A stretch of 64,000 nt of DNA from an uncultured delta proteobacterium (lineage in GTDB: Bacteria > Desulfobacterota > Binatia > Binatales > Binataceae), in NCBI GenBank assembly GCA_963808235.1, contig CAWEEQ010000001.1, forward strand, positions 288,001-352,000, read 5' to 3'. The notes below the pieces were generated by a model. It was not told the DNA's origin. It saw nothing but the letters and a program-made list of their open reading frames with translations, and did not search any database. The position numbers and the translations under genes were made by a program. Below are positions 58,235 through 64,000 of this stretch, one piece after another. Numbering within the stretch: the first letter of the stretch is position 1; every line of letters starts with the position of its first letter.

Positions 58235-58645
58235 ATGCATGCGGGGGTCGACCATATCATCGTCAACGTGAACGACTACCCGGCGGCGAAGCGGTTCTAC
58301 GCATGGCTGATGCCGCAAATTGGTTATCCGAACGTGATGTCCTACGATCGGCCGGGAGCAGACGTCACCACCGGATATTTCGGCGAGCATGGTTCGATGT
58401 GGCTTCGGCCGTCGGATCAGGAATTTCGCGCCGACCAGTTCCATCGTCATCGGGTGGGACTCTGCGAGATCGCGTTTTCAGCAGAAAGCCGAAAGCAGAT
58501 CGATGACTTGGCAAAGCAGATTCCATCCAACGGCGGAATTGTCACCGACTCGCCAAAAGAATATGACTACGTCCCCGGATACTACGCCGTCTTCTTCACC
58601 GATCCGGACGGGATCAAGCTGGAACTGGTGCACGTGCCGAGTTAA
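58235..58645 (+). CDS. VOC/glyoxalase family protein
   Basis: VDHIIVNV, YYAVFFTDPDGIKLE. Confidence 0.9.
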   Translation: MHAGVDHIIVNVNDYPAAKRFYAWLMPQIGYPNVMSYDRPGADVTTGYFGEHGSMWLRPSDQEFRADQFHRHRVGLCEIAFSAESRKQIDDLAKQIPSNGGIVTDSPKEYDYVPGYYAVFFTDPDGIKLELVHVPS

Positions 58646-58666
58646 TCTGAAAGTCGAGTGTTCGGC

Positions 58667-59800
58667 TTAGCCGAACATCTCTTTGAGCTTGTCGACGAAG
58701 CCCTTCGAGAGCGGATGGTTGACCGCCTTGCCGTCGAGCTTGGCGAATTCCTCGAGCAGTTCCCGCTGACGCGCGGTGAGGCTGCGCGGCGTTTCCACGA
58801 TCACCTTGATCAACTGATCGCCGCGCCCGTATCCGTGCAAATCGACGATGCCCTTACCCTTGAGGCGCAGGATTTTTCCCGACTGCGTGCCCGACGGAAT
58901 CTTGAACTTTACCTTGCCTTCGAGCGTCGGCACTTCGATCTCGGTCCCGACCGCGGCTTGCGGGAAGCTGATCGGCACTTCGATGATCACGTCGTTGTCC
59001 TGGCGCACGAACAGCTCATGCTCCTTGACGTGAATCACGACGTATAAGTCGCCTTGCGGACCGCCGCCGTAGCCAGCCTCGCCCTCGCCGCGCAGCTTAA
59101 GCCGCGACCCATTGTCGACGCCCGGCGGAATTTTCACCGACAATGATTCATGCTTGCGAATTCGGCCCTGTCCCTGGCACTTGGGGCACGGGTCGGAGAT
59201 GATCATTCCCTCGCCGCGGCATTGGCCGCAGGTGGTGGAGATCGAAAAAAATCCCTGCTGAGTGCGTACCTGGCCGGTGCCGCGGCAGTTCGGGCATTGA
59301 CGCGCGCCGCTCGAGCCGCCTCGTGCGCGAGTGCCGTTGCATGCCTCGCATTGGGTCAGGCGCTGGAACTTGACGACCTTCTCGATCCCTTTTGCGGCTT
59401 CTTCGAATTCAATTTCCAGATCGTAGCGGAGATCGTCGCCGCGCCGGGTCCGAGAGCGCGAACGCCCGCGCCCGGTGCCGAAAAAATCGCCAAAAATGTC
59501 GGAGAAGACTTCCTCGAAACCCTGGCTGAAGTCGAAGCCGCCGAATCCGCCCGGACCCTGCGGACCCTGGAAGGCGGCGTGGCCGAAACGATCGTATTGC
59601 GCGCGCCGTTCCGGCTCGGAGAGGACCTGGTAGGCTTCGTTGAGTTCCTTGAAGCGCTCCTCGGCGTCCTTGTTGCCGGGGTTGCGATCGGGATGAAACT
59701 GAATCGCAAGCCGCCGATAAGCCTTCTTCAGCTCGTCTTCACCAGCGCCGCGATTGACGCCGAGAACTTCGTAGTAATCGCGTTTGTTGGCTGGCGGCAT
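58667..59800 (-). CDS. dnaJ: Chaperone DnaJ
   Basis: J-domain HPD, G/F-rich region, four CxxCxGxG repeats. Confidence 0.98.
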   Translation of the reverse strand: MPPANKRDYYEVLGVNRGAGEDELKKAYRRLAIQFHPDRNPGNKDAEERFKELNEAYQVLSEPERRAQYDRFGHAAFQGPQGPGGFGGFDFSQGFEEVFSDIFGDFFGTGRGRSRSRTRRGDDLRYDLEIEFEEAAKGIEKVVKFQRLTQCEACNGTRARGGSSGARQCPNCRGTGQVRTQQGFFSISTTCGQCRGEGMIISDPCPKCQGQGRIRKHESLSVKIPPGVDNGSRLKLRGEGEAGYGGGPQGDLYVVIHVKEHELFVRQDNDVIIEVPISFPQAAVGTEIEVPTLEGKVKFKIPSGTQSGKILRLKGKGIVDLHGYGRGDQLIKVIVETPRSLTARQRELLEEFAKLDGKAVNHPLSKGFVDKLKEMFG

Positions 59801-59896
59801 CGCGCAAAAATTCTATGCCATCAGCCGAGCCGACGCCATTGTCCCCGGCGAAACGATCGGGGCGTCGAGTCCGCCCGGTCGGTTTCTCCCAGTCCG

Positions 59897-61843
59897 TTAT
59901 TGATCTTTGACTTCTTTGTAGTCCGCATCGACAACGTCTTCTTTCGCCCCGGCACCGCCATTACCGCTCTGGGAGCCACTTTGCGCATCGCCGCTCGCGC
60001 CACCCGCACTGTCCTGCGGACCAGCTCCCGCTCCCTGCCGAGTCTTGCTGTACATCGCTTCCGCGAGCTTGTGCGACGCCGCCGCGAGTTTCTCGGCCGC
60101 TTGATCGATCTCGCCGGCGTCCTTCGACTCGAGCTTGGTCTTGGCCTCGGCCAAAGCTTCTTCGACCTGCTTGCGTCCCGCCTCATCAACGTCCGCGCCG
60201 TGATCCTTGAGAGTCTTCTCGGTCGTGTAGATCAAGTTGTCGAGCTTGTTGCGCGCCTCGGCCTGCTGGCGCCGCGAATGATCCTCGGCCGCATGCGCCT
60301 CGGCCTCCCGCACCATCTTCTTGATCTCATCTTCGCTGAGTCCTGACGACGCAGTGATTTTGATCGACTGTTCCTTGTTGGTACCCAGGTCCTTGGCATG
60401 GACATTCACGATCCCGTTCGCGTCGATGTCGAATGTAACCTCGACCTGCGGCAGTCCACGCGGCGCGGGCGGAATTCCAATCAGATCGAATTGCCCGAGC
60501 AGCTTGTTGTCAGACGCCATCTCGCGCTCGCCCTGGAAGACGCGAATCGTGACCGCAGTCTGATTGTCCTGCGCGGTCGAGAACACCTGGCTCTTGCGAG
60601 TCGGGATGGTCGTGTTCTTGTCGATAAGTTTGGTGAACACGCCGCCGAGCGTTTCGATTCCGAGCGACAGCGGAGTTACGTCCAGCAGCAGGACGTCTTT
60701 GACTTCGCCTTTCAGCACGCCCGCCTGGATCGCCGCGCCTATCGCGACGACTTCATCCGGGTTGACGCCCTTATGTCCTTCCTTGCCGAACAGACGCTTC
60801 ACCCGTTCCTGCACCGCGGGCATGCGCGTCATGCCGCCGACCAGCACGATCTCATTGATCTCGCTGGCCTTCAGCCCCGCGTCACGAAGCGCCGTTATGC
60901 ATGGCGCGTCGAGCCGATCGAGCAGGTCGGCGCACAGCGCCTCGAGCTTTGCACGGCTCAACTTGATGTTGAGGTGCTTCGGTCCCGACTGATCCGCTGT
61001 GATGAACGGCAGATTGATGTCCGTCTCGGTGACCGTGGACAACTCGGTCTTCGCTTTTTCCGCGGCTTCCTTCAGCCGCTGCAGCGCCATCCGATCGTTG
61101 CGCAGATCGATTCCCTGGTCCTTGCGGAATTCGTCGGCCAGGTAGTCGATTACCCGCTGATCGAAATCCTCGCCGCCGAGGAACGTGTCGCCGTTGGTCG
61201 CCTTGACCTCGAACACGCCCTCGCCGAGCTCGAGAATCGATATATCAAATGTACCGCCGCCGAGATCGAACACGGCGATCTTCTCGTCTTTCTTTTTGTC
61301 GAGCCCATAGGCGAGTGACGCCGCAGTCGGCTCGTTGATGATGCGCAAAACGTTCAGCCCGGCGATGCGGCCCGCGTCTTTGGTCGCCTGGCGCTGGCTG
61401 TCGTTGAAATACGCAGGCACCGTGATCACCGCCTCGGTGACTTTCTCGCCAAGATAGTCCTCGGCGGTCTGCTTCATCTTCTGCAGCACGAACGCCGAAA
61501 TTTCCGCCGGACTATATTTCTTGCCCCGGATTTCCACCCATGCCGCGCCGTCGTCATTCTTGACGACTTTGTAAGGCAGCACCTTGAGCGCCTTCTGCAC
61601 TTCGGCGTCTTCGTAGCGCCGGCCCATCAGGCGTTTGATCGCGAAGACCGTGTTGTTCGGATTGGTGATCGACTGGCGCCGGGCGATTTGCCCTACCAGC
61701 CGTTCGCCGGCCTCGGTAAACGCCACCACCGACGGCGTCGTGCGACTACCTTCGGAGTTGGCGATAACGATCGGATCGCCACCCTCCATGATCGCGACGC
61801 AACTGTTGGTCGTCCCCAAGTCGATACCGATAACTTTTGCCAT
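59897..61843 (-). CDS. dnaK: Chaperone DnaK
   Basis: [33 protein letters not shown]. Confidence 0.99.
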   Translation of the reverse strand: MAKVIGIDLGTTNSCVAIMEGGDPIVIANSEGSRTTPSVVAFTEAGERLVGQIARRQSITNPNNTVFAIKRLMGRRYEDAEVQKALKVLPYKVVKNDDGAAWVEIRGKKYSPAEISAFVLQKMKQTAEDYLGEKVTEAVITVPAYFNDSQRQATKDAGRIAGLNVLRIINEPTAASLAYGLDKKKDEKIAVFDLGGGTFDISILELGEGVFEVKATNGDTFLGGEDFDQRVIDYLADEFRKDQGIDLRNDRMALQRLKEAAEKAKTELSTVTETDINLPFITADQSGPKHLNIKLSRAKLEALCADLLDRLDAPCITALRDAGLKASEINEIVLVGGMTRMPAVQERVKRLFGKEGHKGVNPDEVVAIGAAIQAGVLKGEVKDVLLLDVTPLSLGIETLGGVFTKLIDKNTTIPTRKSQVFSTAQDNQTAVTIRVFQGEREMASDNKLLGQFDLIGIPPAPRGLPQVEVTFDIDANGIVNVHAKDLGTNKEQSIKITASSGLSEDEIKKMVREAEAHAAEDHSRRQQAEARNKLDNLIYTTEKTLKDHGADVDEAGRKQVEEALAEAKTKLESKDAGEIDQAAEKLAAASHKLAEAMYSKTRQGAGAGPQDSAGGASGDAQSGSQSGNGGAGAKEDVVDADYKEVKDQ

Positions 61844-61897
61844 TTTCCTAAAGATCCTCTGATAGAGAGATAATCACGCTTTAATTCTTTTCAATGC

Positions 61898-62545
61898 TCA
61901 ATTTTCTTTTAGATCGGATGCGTCGTTTTCGCTTCCGCTTCGCCCATTGGAATCGGTCGCGGTCTCCTTCGACACCGAGACCCGCGCGGGCCGCAGGATG
62001 CGCTCGCCGATCTGGTACCCGCGATGGTACTCATCGACCACCGTATTGGGCCGATGCTGGTCCGACGCGACGTGATCGACCGCCTCATGCCGAGTCGGAT
62101 CGAACGTCTGCCCGACCGAGGCCACCGGGGTCACGCCATGCGCGCGCAGAAAATCGAGCAGCGCCCGCACCGTCATTTCGACCCCGGCGAGTATCGTCCT
62201 GGCGTCGGTGCCTTCGCGAGCCGCTGCGAGCGCGCGCTCCAGGTTGTCGATAATCGGCAGCAGGTCGCGCAGGATACTCTCGCGCTGAATCCGCACGGAT
62301 TCCTCGCTTTGCTGGCGAATTCGCTTGCGCGCATTCTCGGAGTCCGCGAGCGTGCGCAGATACTTGTCCTTCAGCTCAGCGATTTCCCTGTCTTTTTCCG
62401 CTATCTGAGCGCGTAGCGAATCCGGGTCCCCGCCCGCCGACGCCTCTTTGTTCTCGCCATCTGATTGAGCGCCGGCATCCGCCCGAGGAAACCCATCGTC
62501 GATAGCCGGATTTCCGTCCTCTGGATGCTTATGTCGCCTGTTCAT
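61898..62545 (-). CDS. grpE: Nucleotide exchange factor GrpE
   Basis: YLRTLADSENARKR, LLPIIDNLERAL, FDPTRHEAV, GYQIGERILRPARV. Confidence 0.96.
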   Translation of the reverse strand: MNRRHKHPEDGNPAIDDGFPRADAGAQSDGENKEASAGGDPDSLRAQIAEKDREIAELKDKYLRTLADSENARKRIRQQSEESVRIQRESILRDLLPIIDNLERALAAAREGTDARTILAGVEMTVRALLDFLRAHGVTPVASVGQTFDPTRHEAVDHVASDQHRPNTVVDEYHRGYQIGERILRPARVSVSKETATDSNGRSGSENDASDLKEN

Positions 62546-62778
62546 CTTAAGAGCCCGCCGAACCTAAAAAATTTAAGCATGATTTACGCTCGCGCCAGTG
62601 CCGGCGACGGCAGAATCGTTGGATTTTCTCGATTATGGGCCTTCGAGGGGAGGACCCTCAGCCAGTATTTCCACTATCCGCACCTTGCGACTGTCGAGGC
62701 CATCTTCAACCTGGGTACGCTCGGACGGAACGATACCTCCGCCATCTCGATGTCGGACCTGTTGAAGCGCCGAATTCC

Positions 62779-63198
62779 TTACGATTTCGCCCTCTTCGAA
62801 GGTTTCGACCTGCCAGAACTGTTGAGGGCGACCGCTTGGCGAACGAGCCCCTTGAAGGCGGACTCGCTGACTTTTTCTTCTTGGCGGATGTCGATCGCGC
62901 GGCGTACGTTGCCGTCGAGACTCGAGTTGAAGAGACGGGCCGGATCCTTCAGAGACGCGCCCTTCGCGAAGGTAAGCTTCACGACATTCTTGTAGGATTC
63001 GCCAGTGCAGATGATTCCGTTGTGCGACCAAACCGGAGTGCCCATCCACTTCCACTCCTCGACGACCTCCGGGTCTGCTTCCTTGATGAGCTTGCGCATT
63101 CTGCTGAGGGTTTCCCCGCGCCAGTCCCCGAGTTCGGCGATTCTTTTCGAAATGAGCGCCGATGCCGACTGGCCTTCGCTCGCGCCCGACTTTTTCAT
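62779..63198 (-). CDS. DUF1801 domain protein
   Basis: DWRGETL, EEWKWMGTPVW, VKLTFAKGA, FNSSLDGNVRRAID. Confidence 0.9.
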   Translation of the reverse strand: MKKSGASEGQSASALISKRIAELGDWRGETLSRMRKLIKEADPEVVEEWKWMGTPVWSHNGIICTGESYKNVVKLTFAKGASLKDPARLFNSSLDGNVRRAIDIRQEEKVSESAFKGLVRQAVALNSSGRSKPSKRAKS

Positions 63199-63274
63199 GT
63201 TGTCACCTAGTTGCCGGAGTGTCATTTCCGCTGAAGGTGGTGTTGGTGATGATAAGGAGAACCAGGCGGGAGAC

Positions 63275-64000
63275 TCAGGACTCCATCAGGCGGGAGAGAG
63301 TGCGGGCGGTGTACTCGACCAGCGGAATTACGCGGTCGTAGTCCATCCGGACCGGGCCTACGATTGCGAGACTGCCGAGCATCGCGCCGCCGCTCGCGTA
63401 CGACGCCGCGACCACGCTCAGCGATGCAAGGCGCGGGTCGTAGTTCTCCGATCCGATCGACACAGTCAGGCCGGCGTGAGTCAGGCTACGCTCGAGCAAT
63501 TCGAGGAGCGCGGACTTGTCGTCGAGCGCGCGCAGCAGCTCGCGCATCTTGCCGCGATCGGAAAACTCCGGCTGCTCGAGCGCCTGCAGGCTGCCTTCGA
63601 CGTACAGTTCCTGGCGCCCGATATAATCCGCGATCGCCTCGCCGAGCGAGAGCGCGTCACGCATGAAGCGATCGTAGTTGGCGCGCTCTTCGCGCAGTTG
63701 CGCCTCGATCCATTTGCGCGCCTCGTCGAGCGTGCGCCCTTCGAGCGATTCGTTCAGATATCGCGCCATCCGATCGAGCTCGTCTTGAGAATGGTCGCGG
63801 TCGGTATCGACAATCCGATTCTGCATCGCGCCCTTCTCCGCGACGAACACGGCGAGCACCTGCTTGTCGCGCAGCCGCACGAAATTCACCCGCTCCAGGA
63901 TCGAGGCCTCCAGGCGCGGCGACATCACCAGCGCCGCCTGTCCCGTCAGGATCGAAAGCAGGCGCGGAGTATCGCGCAGCACCTCGCCGAGATCGCGCGC
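63275..64000 (-). CDS. hrcA: Heat-inducible transcription repressor HrcA (5' part outside the window)
   Basis: LSILTG, QPEF, VSIGSEN, GSLAIVGPVRMDYDRVIPLV; upstream of grpE-dnaK-dnaJ. Confidence 0.95.
   Translation of the reverse strand, partial: ARDLGEVLRDTPRLLSILTGQAALVMSPRLEASILERVNFVRLRDKQVLAVFVAEKGAMQNRIVDTDRDHSQDELDRMARYLNESLEGRTLDEARKWIEAQLREERANYDRFMRDALSLGEAIADYIGRQELYVEGSLQALEQPEFSDRGKMRELLRALDDKSALLELLERSLTHAGLTVSIGSENYDPRLASLSVVAASYASGGAMLGSLAIVGPVRMDYDRVIPLVEYTARTLSRLMES

Noticed and set aside
61844-63275. CIRCE element in the heat-shock operon
   Set aside because: No TTAGCACTC-N9-GAGTGCTAA was seen; it would be expected upstream of hrcA, outside the window.

Overview
This is a GC-rich bacterial chromosome segment. 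Gene content and style suggest Candidatus Binatota/Binataceae or a related soil deltaproteobacterium (inference only). The left ~21.5 kb is an accessory envelope/stress block: an OmpA lipoprotein with a 24-Pro linker, two tandem Crp/Fnr regulators, small membrane proteins, a cyclic beta-1,2-glucan synthase broken by ~20 indels, a YqjD/YqjE-like cluster, an AI-2E exporter fused to a cobalamin-binding domain, a secreted tripartite repeat protein, a DedA-pseudo-PAP2 fusion and a 4xIg + DUF3494 ice-binding protein. Several of its promoters share a TGACTAT/ATAGTCA element. The middle holds pcaC-H-G-B with a MetE-like gene, a STAND ATPase with a C-terminal class III cyclase, a VPEID-CTERM/exosortase E cassette with a sigma54-type promoter beside tRNA-Thr(CGT), a beta-propeller + choice-of-anchor D protein and many hydrolases. 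The right part holds initiator tRNA-Met, a thiolase-like/DUF35 pair, a type III PKS with methyltransferase, pyrE, aroE, an orphan LanC-like gene and hrcA-(DUF1801)-grpE-dnaK-dnaJ. No CRISPR array, integrase or transposase was seen. Frameshifts are confined to the left 24.4 kb and are probably long-read consensus errors. All family calls come from motif recognition by eye; no database searches were run.
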